Assembly: GCA_903892035.1 (NCBI GenBank)
Contig: CAITGV010000001.1
Span: 419,310 to 483,309, forward strand
DNA length: 64,000 nt
Source: an uncultured bacterium
Lineage (GTDB): Bacteria; Patescibacteriota; Minisyncoccia; Phycocordibacterales; UBA9973
Direction: 5' to 3'
Under the pieces are notes generated by a model, which saw only the letters and a list, made by a program, of their open reading frames with translations, ran no database searches and was not told the DNA's origin. This document shows positions 38,439-48,172 of this stretch, in pieces. Positions within the stretch are counted from its first letter, which is position 1; every line of letters starts with the position of its first letter. The position numbers and the translations under genes are program-made.

Positions 38439-41333
38439 ATGATATCTCGCATTTATGTAATCCCCACAGCAAATAAGCACGTTTCAATTATTGATTCATA
38501 TACAATAGATGCGGATTTGAGTAGTGTGGAAATTGAAAAAATTGCGCAAGCTCTGAAAAATCCAGTAATTGAAAAATATTCTGTAAATAAATTTTCTTTA
38601 GATTCAAAATGTAATTTTATTATTGAAATTGGATATTTACCTGGAGTTACAGACAATGTAGCAAAGTCCGCGATGGAAATGATTGTAGATTTACTCGGCC
38701 GACCATTTAAAGATGGCGAAGCAGTTTATACTTCAAAAGTACATTTAACAAACATTAACAATGCTTCGGAACTTTACAACCCTTTAATTGAACGAGCCAG
38801 CATTTCACCCTCCCATTTACAAAGGGAGGGCAAGGGAGAGGTGAGTTTACCCCTAACTGTTCCGAAAGTTGTATTACCTAAAAAAATACCAGTAATAGAA
38901 GTTTCTTTAAATATTTCAGATGATGAATTGGTTCGTATTGGAAAAGCTGGAATTGTGGATGAGGGTGGTGCACGTGGACCTCTTGCCCTTGATTTAATGT
39001 CAATGAAAACAATTCAAGAGCATTTCAAAAAACTTGGCAGAAATCCTACAGACATCGAACTCGAATCTTTGGCGCAAACTTGGAGTGAACATTGTAAACA
39101 TACAATTTTTGCAAATCCAATAGATGAAATAAAAGATGGTTTGTATAAGACATATATAAAAGGTGCAACAAATGAAATAAGAAAAATGAAAGGCAAGAAT
39201 GATTTTTGTGTTTCAGTTTTTTCTGATAATGCTGGTGGAATAATTTTTGATGAAAAATATTTAATTACACACAAGGTTGAAACTCATAATAGTCCTTCAG
39301 CGCTTGATCCATTTGGCGGAGCCATTACAGGTATCGTCGGAGTAAATCGCGATACGATGGGTTTCGGCCTCGGTGCAAAACCAGTGGCAAATGTTTTTGG
39401 TTTTTGTTTTGGTTATCCAGACGATGTGCGCCCACTTTATCGTGATAAAAATAAAACTCAAAAAATGCTTCCACCGAAGCGTATTGTCGATGGTGTGATA
39501 AAAGGAATTAATGCGGGCGGAAATTGCTCTGGTATTCCTACTGTATCGGGTTTTATTCGCTACGATGAACGTTTTCGTGGAAAGCCTTTAGTTTTCGCTG
39601 GAACTGTCGGTCTTATTCCAAAAAAAGTTGGAGGAAGACTTTCTCATGAAAAATCTGCTCAACCGGGAGACTATATTGTAATGGCGGGTGGGCGAGTGGG
39701 TGCCGATGGAATTCATGGTGCAACATTTTCTTCTGTGGTGATGGATACTGCATCTCCTGCAACAGCTGTGCAAATTGGCGACCCAATCACTCAGAAAAAA
39801 ATGAGCGATGCAATAGTAAAAGAAGCACGCGACATGGGATTATATTCAAGCATTACTGACAACGGTGCAGGAGGAATTTCTTGTTCTGTGGCAGAGATGG
39901 CAAAAGAATGTGGTGGGCTTGTTGTAGATATTGAAAAAGTTCCACTTAAATATCCAGGGTTAACACCATGGCAAATTTGGATTTCAGAATCCCAAGAACG
40001 CATGACACTTTCTGTGCCAAAAGATAAATGGGAAAGTTTTAAAAAATTAATGGACAAACGTGGCGTAGAAGCGACAGTGATTGGCGAATTTACAAATTCT
40101 GGAAAATGCATCGTGCGGCAAAATGGAAAAATTATTATGGACTTAGCACTTTCATTTTTGCACGATGGTTTACCAAAGCGCCCATTGTTTACAAAAAAAG
40201 TTGCTCATCTTCACAAAGAACCAAAAATGCCAAATGGAATTTCTCGAACTTCTTCACTTTTGAGTTTATTGAGTGAAGGAAATATCGCAGGATTTGAATG
40301 GGTATCGGAACAATATGATCATGAAGTTCAAGCGGGCTCAGTTATAAAACCGCTCGTTGGTCGCGGAAAAATAAATTCTGAAGCTCAAGTTTTTAGACCA
40401 TTACTTTCTTCTCAAAAAGGTGTAGTGCTTTCGACTGGTGTATATCCTTCGTATTCTGACATCAGTACTTACGCAATGGCAATGTGTGCACTAGACACTG
40501 CTGTACGAAATTCTATTGCCACAGGAGGAACACTTTCACATCTCGCAATTCTTGATAATTTCTGTTGGTGTTCTTCGTATGATGAAGAACGTCTTGGTGA
40601 ACTTGTGGCATCTGTGCGAGCTTGTTACGACGGGGCTGTATTTTACGGTACTCCTTTTATTTCTGGAAAAGACAGTATGTTCAATGATTTCAAAGGTTAT
40701 GATGAAAAAGGAAATCCTGTCGCGATTTCAATTCCGCCAACGCTTCTCATTTCAGCAATTGGAGTCGTGCCAGATATAAAAAAAGTTGTAAGTCCAGATT
40801 TTAAAATTGCTGGGGATACAATATATTTAATTGGTGAGACAAATGATGAGCTTGGAGCGTCGGAATATAATAAGATGCTCGCAAAAGGTAGTGGTGCAAT
40901 AGGCAACAATGTTCCAGTTGTTAATTTAGAAAAAAATAAAAAAACATATCTCGCACTTGAAAATGCAATAAAAAAAGAATTAATTGCTTCGTCTACAGCA
41001 CTTACATCTGGTGGACTTGCTGTCGCACTTTCAAAATCTGCTGTTGCTGGCGGACTTGGTTTTTCAGTATCTCTAAAAAATATTGTGGGTAATGCAGAAA
41101 ATGTTGATGCACAGCTTTTCTCGGAAAGCCAAGGACGTATTCTAGTAACAGTTTCAAAGAAAAATATTTCAGCTTTTGAAAAGGCAATGAAAGGCGTCGC
41201 TCTTTCAAGATTGGGAACAGTATCAAAAACAAATATTTGCATCATCAGTGACAAGCAAGGCAAAAAAGCAGTAGATACAACAGTTCAAAAACTTTCAAAT
41301 TCATATCACAGTTTTAGTAAAAAAATGACATAA
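38439..41333 (+). CDS. purL: FGAM synthase subunit PurL with PurS-like N-terminal extension
   Basis: PGVTD, QTWSEHCKH, KVETHNSPS, DNGAGG, SESQERM, SGKDS. Confidence 0.95.
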   Translation: MISRIYVIPTANKHVSIIDSYTIDADLSSVEIEKIAQALKNPVIEKYSVNKFSLDSKCNFIIEIGYLPGVTDNVAKSAMEMIVDLLGRPFKDGEAVYTSKVHLTNINNASELYNPLIERASISPSHLQREGKGEVSLPLTVPKVVLPKKIPVIEVSLNISDDELVRIGKAGIVDEGGARGPLALDLMSMKTIQEHFKKLGRNPTDIELESLAQTWSEHCKHTIFANPIDEIKDGLYKTYIKGATNEIRKMKGKNDFCVSVFSDNAGGIIFDEKYLITHKVETHNSPSALDPFGGAITGIVGVNRDTMGFGLGAKPVANVFGFCFGYPDDVRPLYRDKNKTQKMLPPKRIVDGVIKGINAGGNCSGIPTVSGFIRYDERFRGKPLVFAGTVGLIPKKVGGRLSHEKSAQPGDYIVMAGGRVGADGIHGATFSSVVMDTASPATAVQIGDPITQKKMSDAIVKEARDMGLYSSITDNGAGGISCSVAEMAKECGGLVVDIEKVPLKYPGLTPWQIWISESQERMTLSVPKDKWESFKKLMDKRGVEATVIGEFTNSGKCIVRQNGKIIMDLALSFLHDGLPKRPLFTKKVAHLHKEPKMPNGISRTSSLLSLLSEGNIAGFEWVSEQYDHEVQAGSVIKPLVGRGKINSEAQVFRPLLSSQKGVVLSTGVYPSYSDISTYAMAMCALDTAVRNSIATGGTLSHLAILDNFCWCSSYDEERLGELVASVRACYDGAVFYGTPFISGKDSMFNDFKGYDEKGNPVAISIPPTLLISAIGVVPDIKKVVSPDFKIAGDTIYLIGETNDELGASEYNKMLAKGSGAIGNNVPVVNLEKNKKTYLALENAIKKELIASSTALTSGGLAVALSKSAVAGGLGFSVSLKNIVGNAENVDAQLFSESQGRILVTVSKKNISAFEKAMKGVALSRLGTVSKTNICIISDKQGKKAVDTTVQKLSNSYHSFSKKMT
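38807..38842 (+). repeat. Family A in-frame element in purL (PSHLQREGKGEV)
   Basis: ACCCTCCCATTTACAAAGGGAGGGCAAGGGAGAGGT. Confidence 0.85.
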
Positions 41334-41353
41334 AAATATGTTATATTTAAATT

Positions 41354-41710
41354 ATGGATACAAAAATCAAAATTTTAGATAAAAAGTGGAGTATTGATGA
41401 AGTGAAAACTCTTGCTGATTTATGGTATGGTTCTATGATTAAAGGTGCAGTGGATATAGAGGGTTCGCGTGTAGCTCTCGGTGGAGATTATCATATTGAA
41501 GATTCGGAGCTTTTAACTAACACTGGTTCAACATTTGAAAATGTTTGGGGTTTTAATATTCGTTTTGAAGAAAATCCTGAAGGTATTTTGGAATTTGATT
41601 CAATGGTCAACATAAAACCAAATTTTGGTAATCTTTCTAGATCAATAAATAATAAAGAAATTATCGAAAAAGCTACAGAAGTTATTTATAAATTTATAGA
41701 TTTAAAATAA
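41354..41710 (+). CDS. DUF5674-like protein
   Basis: MIKGAVDI...GGDYH...L...GS...NVWGFN...FDSMVNIKP. Confidence 0.75.
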   Translation: MDTKIKILDKKWSIDEVKTLADLWYGSMIKGAVDIEGSRVALGGDYHIEDSELLTNTGSTFENVWGFNIRFEENPEGILEFDSMVNIKPNFGNLSRSINNKEIIEKATEVIYKFIDLK

Positions 41711-41711
41711 T

Positions 41712-42005
41712 ATGGAAAAGAATTCACTTTTTTACATGGCAAATTTATATCCTGAAATAGGAAGACTTTTTACTTTTTACGATTCGGGAAAATTAGAAGC
41801 CGCAGAAAACGCAAAAATTCGAGCACTTTCAATAGTGGATAAAATACTTTCTTTTCGAGATATTATTCCGGCCGGTAGAGAAGAATGGTGTGTGATAAAA
41901 AATTTTATACTAGGATACGATAAATTAGACTCATATGAAAGAGAAATTTTAGAAAAATATAGTTACCCTTTTTCACTGAAATTTATGAAAGCATACAGTT
42001 CTTGA
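41712..42005 (+). CDS. Small helical hypothetical protein
   Basis: 97-aa ORF coupled to neighbours; MAN...EI.R pattern. Confidence 0.7.
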   Translation: MEKNSLFYMANLYPEIGRLFTFYDSGKLEAAENAKIRALSIVDKILSFRDIIPAGREEWCVIKNFILGYDKLDSYEREILEKYSYPFSLKFMKAYSS

Positions 42006-42007
42006 TT

Positions 42008-43711
42008 ATGGAAACCAGGATCTGCCAAAATTGCAAAAATGATTTTACTATCGAGCCAGAAGATTTTTTGTTTTACGAAAAAATAAAAGTTCCTGCACCG
42101 ACATTTTGTCCGAAGTGTCGCTTGTATCGGCGTTCGGTGTGGCGCAATGAGCATTTTTTATTTAAGAAAAAAGATGACCTTACTGGAAACTTAATATTTT
42201 CTACATATTCTCCATCATCAAAAATTAAAATTTTTGAGCATTCCTATTGGTGGAGCGATGAGTGGGACCCAAAATCTTTTAGTAAGGAATATGATTTCAA
42301 TACAAACTTCTTTGAGCAATTTTATGATTTACTTTACTCAGTACCACTTTGCGATAGATCAATAAAAAGTTGTGTAGAAAGTGACTACTCAAACAATGCA
42401 ACTAATATTAAAAATGCATACCTTTGCTTTAATGCAAAAAATAGTGAGAATGTTTGTTACGGGTTTCATTTTAGCGGAAGTCATGACTGTGTGGATTTTT
42501 ATCAAACTAAAGACTCCCGTCTTTGCTATGAAACCTTTTCAGTTGTTGATTCTGAGCGTATGTTTTGGTGTAGTAACTGCTCGCAATGTTATAATTTATG
42601 GTTTTCAGATAATTGTAGAAACTGCACAGATTGTTTTGGTTGTGTAAACTTAAGAAATAAAAAATACTGTATTTTTAATAAACAATATACAAAAGAAGAA
42701 TATGAAAATGAAGTTAAAAAACTTTACGACGGATCTTTTTCTTGTTTACAGGAAATACTAAAAAAGGTAAAAATTTTTGAAAAACAATTTCCTGTACAGT
42801 ATTATCATGGGAAACACAATGTCAATGTGACTGGTGATTATATTTTTAAATCAAACAATACTTTTGATTGTTTTGAAATCCACAATGTAGATAATGCAAA
42901 ATTTTCTCAATTTATTAGACACTCTAAAGATGTTTATGATTTTAGTTGTTGGGGTATTTCATCGGAATTAATTTATGAGTCTGTAAGTTGTGGAGAAAGT
43001 TCACAAAATCTAAAATTTTGTTATGAATGTTGGCCAACATCTCATGATTTAGAATACTGTGTTGATTGTCACTCATCTTCGTATTGTTTTGGTTGCGTGA
43101 GTTTAAAAAAGGGAAAATACTGTATTTTCAATAAACAATATTCTAAAGATGAGTACTTTGAGCTAAGGTCTAGAATAATTGAACAAATGAATAAAATGCC
43201 TTATATTTCAAAAAATAAACAGATATATAAATATGGTGAATTTTTTCCGACTGAATTGTCACCATTTAATTACGAAGAATGTTCAGCTTCTGATTATTTT
43301 CCAAGTAATGAATTAATAAAAGTGCCGACAAATTATAAAATTGAAATAACACCTCAAGAATTACCAGAAATTTCTATTCAGGCAGATGATTCAATTGTTT
43401 ATAAAGTAATTGAATGCCAAGATAAACAATCCTGCAATCATCGTTGTGTTGGAGCTTTTAAAATAACAGATATTGAATTAAATTTTTATAAGCGTTTCAG
43501 TATACCGATACCTAGAATATGTCCAAACTGTAGATTTTATAATAGAATGGAAAAGTTAAATTCAGTGTTATCTCGTATTGATAATTGTATGTGTATCAAT
43601 GATTTACATGGGCATATGGGTAAATGTGGCCAAGAGTTTAAAACTAATTACCCTAAAAATAAGTCTAGAATATTATATTGTGAAGGTTGTTATCAAAAAG
43701 AAGTTATTTAA
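42008..43711 (+). CDS. Cys-rich protein, copy 1 (zinc-ribbon ends, beta-helix-like core)
   Basis: CQNC, CPKC, repeated C..CFGC..L..K.YCIFNKQY, CPNC, YCE.CY. Confidence 0.85.
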   Translation: METRICQNCKNDFTIEPEDFLFYEKIKVPAPTFCPKCRLYRRSVWRNEHFLFKKKDDLTGNLIFSTYSPSSKIKIFEHSYWWSDEWDPKSFSKEYDFNTNFFEQFYDLLYSVPLCDRSIKSCVESDYSNNATNIKNAYLCFNAKNSENVCYGFHFSGSHDCVDFYQTKDSRLCYETFSVVDSERMFWCSNCSQCYNLWFSDNCRNCTDCFGCVNLRNKKYCIFNKQYTKEEYENEVKKLYDGSFSCLQEILKKVKIFEKQFPVQYYHGKHNVNVTGDYIFKSNNTFDCFEIHNVDNAKFSQFIRHSKDVYDFSCWGISSELIYESVSCGESSQNLKFCYECWPTSHDLEYCVDCHSSSYCFGCVSLKKGKYCIFNKQYSKDEYFELRSRIIEQMNKMPYISKNKQIYKYGEFFPTELSPFNYEECSASDYFPSNELIKVPTNYKIEITPQELPEISIQADDSIVYKVIECQDKQSCNHRCVGAFKITDIELNFYKRFSIPIPRICPNCRFYNRMEKLNSVLSRIDNCMCINDLHGHMGKCGQEFKTNYPKNKSRILYCEGCYQKEVI

Positions 43712-43713
43712 TT

Positions 43714-45456
43714 ATGGAAACCAGAGTCTGCCAAAATTGCAAAAATGATTTTACTATCGAGCCTGAAGATTTTTTGTTTTACGAAAAAATAAAAGTTCCA
43801 CCTCCGACTTGGTGTGCTTACTGTAGGTTTATAAGAAAAATGACTTTCGTCAATGAGAGGTCTTTGTACAAAAGACAATGTGGAAATTGTGGAACTTCCA
43901 TTATCACAATGTATAAAGATACCAATTTATTTCCAGTTTGGTGTGTGAAATGTTATTTAGCGGATTCTTGGGACCCCGTAGCCTATGGTATAGATTTGGA
44001 TTTTTCTAAAAATTTCTTTACTCAGTTTAAAGAATTGCGAGATACCGTCCCACATCGTTCACTTGATCAAAATGAGAAGAATGGTAGTGATACAGAATAT
44101 TCCAATTTTTGTTATAGCAGTAAGAATTCCTATCTTTCTTTTAATGTCACAAGTTCAGAAAATATAAAGTATAGTAAATATGTTTTAAAAAAGAATAAAA
44201 ATTGCATCGATTCTTTTATATTTGCCGACAACGATAAATGTTACGAATTAGTTCAGGCAAGCAAGAATTATAATTGCTCTTTTCTTTTAGAAAGCAGAGA
44301 GTCTATTGATTCACATTTTCTGTATGATTGTTCAAATTGTGTTAGTTGTTGCTTATCTTCAAATATCCGAAATAAAAGCTTTGTTTTTGCCAATCAACAG
44401 CTTTCGAAAGAAGATTACATGAATGCAATAAAAGGACTTGAGCTCGGGACTTATACCGGCCAAGTTCGAGCCAAGAATATTTTTAAGGAAATAGTGGAAG
44501 GCTCAATTCATAAATATGCGCATAATAAAAATGCAGTAAACGTCACGGGGGACTTTATCGAGAATTCTAAAAATATTAAATATAGTTATGGTGTTGTGGG
44601 TGGAGAAAATATGAAAAATATTTTTTTTAGCATGAATGTGGCAAAAGATTCTCATGATTTAATATTTACCGGACGAGGAGAAGAATGTTATGAACTTGCA
44701 TACGGAGGTAGGGGAATAAATAGAGTCTTTTTTTCTTTTAGTTGCGGAAGTGGTAGTAAAAATTTGTTTTATTGTGACAATTGCAAGGCTTGCATGGATT
44801 GTTTTGGGTGTGTAGGGTTGCGGAACAAACAGTATTGTATCTTTAATAAAGAGTATACAAAAGAAGAGTATTTTAAAATCACAGACAAACTAAAAAAAGT
44901 CATGACCGATATGCCGTACGTTGATAAGATCGGCAGAGTTTATGGTTTTGGAGAGTATTTTCCTACAGAAATTTCTCCATTTGCATATAATGAAACAGTA
45001 GCATTTGAAGAACTGCCATTAAGCGAAGAGGGTGTTATTAAAAATGGATTTACATGGCAGAAGGCTGAAGCGAAGTCTCACATGCCAACAATTAGCGTAG
45101 ATGATATTTTAAATAATATTGCAGATATAGATGATAGTATTTGCAATGAAATTATATCTTGTCCTAACAATGGTAGTCCAAAAACTAGTTGTTCAGGAGC
45201 TTATAAAATTTTAAAAGATGAACTTACTTTTTATAAGCAAATGCATTTACCTATACCAAGGTATTGTCCAAATTGCAGATATCACCATCGTTTGGTTTGG
45301 AAAAATCCATTTCGTTTTTATAAAAGGCAATGCATGTGTGAAAAGGAAAACCATGGGCATGAGGGATCATGTCCTAACAAGTTTGAAACCTCATATTCCC
45401 CAGAACGTCCAGAAGTGGTATATTGTGAGAAGTGTTATCAAAAAGAGGTTATATGA
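43714..45456 (+). CDS. Cys-rich protein, copy 2 (paralog of 42008-43711)
   Basis: Same architecture; 5' 89 bp 86/89 identical to copy 1. Confidence 0.85.
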   Translation: METRVCQNCKNDFTIEPEDFLFYEKIKVPPPTWCAYCRFIRKMTFVNERSLYKRQCGNCGTSIITMYKDTNLFPVWCVKCYLADSWDPVAYGIDLDFSKNFFTQFKELRDTVPHRSLDQNEKNGSDTEYSNFCYSSKNSYLSFNVTSSENIKYSKYVLKKNKNCIDSFIFADNDKCYELVQASKNYNCSFLLESRESIDSHFLYDCSNCVSCCLSSNIRNKSFVFANQQLSKEDYMNAIKGLELGTYTGQVRAKNIFKEIVEGSIHKYAHNKNAVNVTGDFIENSKNIKYSYGVVGGENMKNIFFSMNVAKDSHDLIFTGRGEECYELAYGGRGINRVFFSFSCGSGSKNLFYCDNCKACMDCFGCVGLRNKQYCIFNKEYTKEEYFKITDKLKKVMTDMPYVDKIGRVYGFGEYFPTEISPFAYNETVAFEELPLSEEGVIKNGFTWQKAEAKSHMPTISVDDILNNIADIDDSICNEIISCPNNGSPKTSCSGAYKILKDELTFYKQMHLPIPRYCPNCRYHHRLVWKNPFRFYKRQCMCEKENHGHEGSCPNKFETSYSPERPEVVYCEKCYQKEVI

Positions 45457-45484
45457 TTAAAATAAAGGCTGTAAAAAATGAGAA

Positions 45485-45800
45485 CCCCGTAGTAGATTTT
45501 TGACTCGATTATGTTCTATGTATATTGCCTAGAAAGTGAAAAATATGATGAACTTTATTTTGGTTATACCAATGATCTTAAACGTAGATTTAAAGAACAT
45601 AATCAGAAGTTAAATTTTTCAACAAAAAGATATGCACCATGGAAAATTATTTACTACGAAGCATGTTTAAACGAAAGTGATGCAAAAAGACGTGAGAAAT
45701 ATTTAAAAACTACGCAAGGTGGCAGAATGATAAAAATTAGATTAAAAGAATATTTTTATGAAAAAAGAAAAATTTAACAAGTCAAAAATTCACTACAGGG
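45485..45800 (+). mobile_element. 316-bp element: GIY-YIG gene bounded by 21-bp imperfect terminal inverted repeats, in the purQ 5' end
   Basis: Left CCCCGTAGTAGATTTTTGACT (45485-45505); reverse complement of right (45780-45800) CCCTGTAGTGAATTTTTGACT, 18/21; AGAA on both sides. Confidence 0.75.
45511..45777 (+). CDS. Small stand-alone GIY-YIG nuclease
   Basis: FYVYCL...YFGYT.DL.RR..EHN....ST....PW...YYE......A..RE..LK. Confidence 0.92.
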   Translation: MFYVYCLESEKYDELYFGYTNDLKRRFKEHNQKLNFSTKRYAPWKIIYYEACLNESDAKRREKYLKTTQGGRMIKIRLKEYFYEKRKI

Positions 45801-46606
45801 AGAAGCCCAAAGTAATTGTCCTTTCTGGATATGGTTTAAACTGCGAGGAGGAGACAAAATTCGCTTTTGAGCACGCAGGTGGAGTGGCGGATATTGTGCA
45901 TATAAATGATTTGATTGAAAATCCAAAACAACTTTTGAAATATAATATTTTGGCTTTTCCTGGCGGATTTTCTTATGGTGACGATATGGGAAGCGGAAAA
46001 GCTTTTGCGAGTAAGATAAAAAATCACTTAAAAAAAGAATTCGAGGAATTTTTGGCAGGAGATACTTTGGCAATAGGTATTTGTAATGGTTTTCAAATAA
46101 TGACGAGTTTGGGGATTTTACCCGGGGCTTTGGCGCACAATGAAGGTGGGCGATATATAGATAGGTGGGTGGATTTAGAAGTCCCACCCTCTTCCTTAAT
46201 AAGGAGAGGGCCGGGGAGAGGTTCTTCGCCATGGACCAAAGGCATTAAGAAAATTTCTCTTTCAATTGCGCATGGAGAAGGCAGATATATTACAACAGAA
46301 AAAGAATATAAAAATTTGTTGAAGGAAAATAGAATTGCATTTAAATACGTAGAAGGAGAGATGTGTAAATACCAAAATTTGAAAGCAAATCCAAATGGTG
46401 CAATGCATGCAACAGCGGGCGTTTTGGGTTATAATGGCAGAGTCCTCGGTATGATGCCTCACCCAGAGAGGGCGATGTTTTTCACACAGAGGCCAGATTG
46501 GGAATTGCAGAAGGAAGTATTGAAAAGAAAGGGTAAAAAAATTTCAGACGAAGGAGCTGGGATTTTATTGTTTAAAAATGCGGTTAGGTATTTTACAAAA
46601 GCATAA
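45758..46606 (+). CDS. purQ: FGAM synthase glutaminase subunit PurQ
   Basis: G.NCEEET, PGGFSYGD, GICNGFQ, AHGEG, NPNG, GMMPHPER. Confidence 0.95.
   Translation: MKKEKFNKSKIHYREKPKVIVLSGYGLNCEEETKFAFEHAGGVADIVHINDLIENPKQLLKYNILAFPGGFSYGDDMGSGKAFASKIKNHLKKEFEEFLAGDTLAIGICNGFQIMTSLGILPGALAHNEGGRYIDRWVDLEVPPSSLIRRGPGRGSSPWTKGIKKISLSIAHGEGRYITTEKEYKNLLKENRIAFKYVEGEMCKYQNLKANPNGAMHATAGVLGYNGRVLGMMPHPERAMFFTQRPDWELQKEVLKRKGKKISDEGAGILLFKNAVRYFTKA
46186..46222 (+). repeat. Family A in-frame element in purQ (PSSLIRRGPGRG)
   Basis: ACCCTCTTCCTTAATAAGGAGAGGGCCGGGGAGAGGT. Confidence 0.88.
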
Positions 46607-46758
46607 AGTATAGTTTTAGTAAAAAATTATAAATTATTATTTTTTACAGTCACATAATTTTCTGGTGAAAATTTGTTTAGTCTCGGCCCGTCGGCCTGCG
46701 AAACCTGTAAAAAACAACAATTCATAATTTTTTACCAACTGCTTACGATTTTATACAT

Positions 46759-48171
46759 ATGGAAGAACTTAAAGAAAAATGTGGAATATTTGGAATTTAC
46801 GGAAAAAGTGGTGCACAGGTTGCGCGCACGGCTTTTTACGGACTTTTTGCACTTCAACATCGCGGTCAAGAAGGCTCGGGTATTTGCGTTTCAGATGGTG
46901 AGAAACTTCATACACACAAAGGCACAGGCCTTGTATCACAAATTTATACAGAAGAAAGCATCGCAGGACTTAGCGGGCATATTGCAATTGGGCACAATCG
47001 TTATTCGACTTCACGTGGAGGGACAAATTCAAATTTAAATCACGTTCAACCTTTTATTTCAGAAGATGGAAATTTAGCTTTGGCACACAATGGAAATTTG
47101 CCATCTGTCGTCGCTCTGCAAAATTTTTTGAAAGGAAAAAATGTAAATACAGAAGGAGCAAATGATTCAAAATTAATGCATTTGGCAATCGAATATTATT
47201 TAAAAAATGGTTTTTCACTTTCAGATGCAGTTGAAAAAAGTTTTCCTCTTTTTACTGGAGCTTTTTCTGTTTTAGTAATGACAAAAGATACAGTCATCGC
47301 AGTGCGAGACAGCTTTGGTATGCGACCATTTTCGTATGGAAAAATAGGGGACGATACTTTTGTTTTTGCATCAGAGACTTGTGCTCTTGAAACGGTAGGA
47401 GTGACCGAACATATGGACGTAAACCCAGGAGAGATAATAATTGTTGAAAATGGAAATATGACAAAAAAACAAATTGTACAACCAACTCCGAAATTTGATA
47501 TTTTTGAATTGGTTTATTTTGCTCGACCAGATTCTGAAATTTTAAATGAGTCAGTTTACGAAGTTCGTTCAAATTTTGGTGCAGAACTTGCAAAAGAGGT
47601 AAATATTTCGGCAGACATCGTAGTGCCAGTTCCAGAGACTGCAATTCCTTGCGCAATACGATTTTCTCGCGAAACAGGAATTCCTCTTGAAATGGCTCTT
47701 ACAAAAAATCGATACATTCACCGCACGTTTATTCAACCCGATCAGCGTACACGCGAACTTGGAGTGAGATTGAAGCTCACAGCTCTTCGAGAATTAATAC
47801 AAGGCAAACGCGTCGTAGTGATAGATGACTCAATAGTGCGAGGAACTACTTCAAAAGAATTGGTAAAATTAATTTTTAACGCCGGTGCAAAAGAAGTTCA
47901 TTTTCTTGTTGCTTCTCCTCCAGTACGCTTCCCAGATTTTTATGGTATCGATACACCAAAACAAGAAGACCTTATTGCTGCACAAATGAAAGTGGAAGAT
48001 ATTGCAAAATATCTTGGTGCAACATCGCTACATTATCTTTCTGTCGATGGTATGGTGCGAGCTACAGGTGTTTCGCGAGATGTACTCTCACTTTCAGCTT
48101 TTACAGGCGAGTACCCAATTTCTCTTCTCGAGCGTGCTAGTGAAATTAATTATGATATTCCAAAAGAGTAA
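46759..48171 (+). CDS. purF: Amidophosphoribosyltransferase
   Basis: EKCGIFG, LQHRGQE, HNRYST, YFARPDS, VIDDSIVRGTT, FYGID. Confidence 0.97.
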   Translation: MEELKEKCGIFGIYGKSGAQVARTAFYGLFALQHRGQEGSGICVSDGEKLHTHKGTGLVSQIYTEESIAGLSGHIAIGHNRYSTSRGGTNSNLNHVQPFISEDGNLALAHNGNLPSVVALQNFLKGKNVNTEGANDSKLMHLAIEYYLKNGFSLSDAVEKSFPLFTGAFSVLVMTKDTVIAVRDSFGMRPFSYGKIGDDTFVFASETCALETVGVTEHMDVNPGEIIIVENGNMTKKQIVQPTPKFDIFELVYFARPDSEILNESVYEVRSNFGAELAKEVNISADIVVPVPETAIPCAIRFSRETGIPLEMALTKNRYIHRTFIQPDQRTRELGVRLKLTALRELIQGKRVVVIDDSIVRGTTSKELVKLIFNAGAKEVHFLVASPPVRFPDFYGIDTPKQEDLIAAQMKVEDIAKYLGATSLHYLSVDGMVRATGVSRDVLSLSAFTGEYPISLLERASEINYDIPKE

Positions 48172-48172
48172 A

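Noticed and set aside
42005-45456. Diversity-generating retroelement template/variable repeat pair
   Set aside because: The 89-bp repeat lies at the 5' ends of two coding genes with only three differences, and there is no reverse transcriptase in the window.
48002-48172. Long N-terminal extension of PurN
   Set aside because: It overlaps purF in another frame; PurN similarity begins at ATG 48173.
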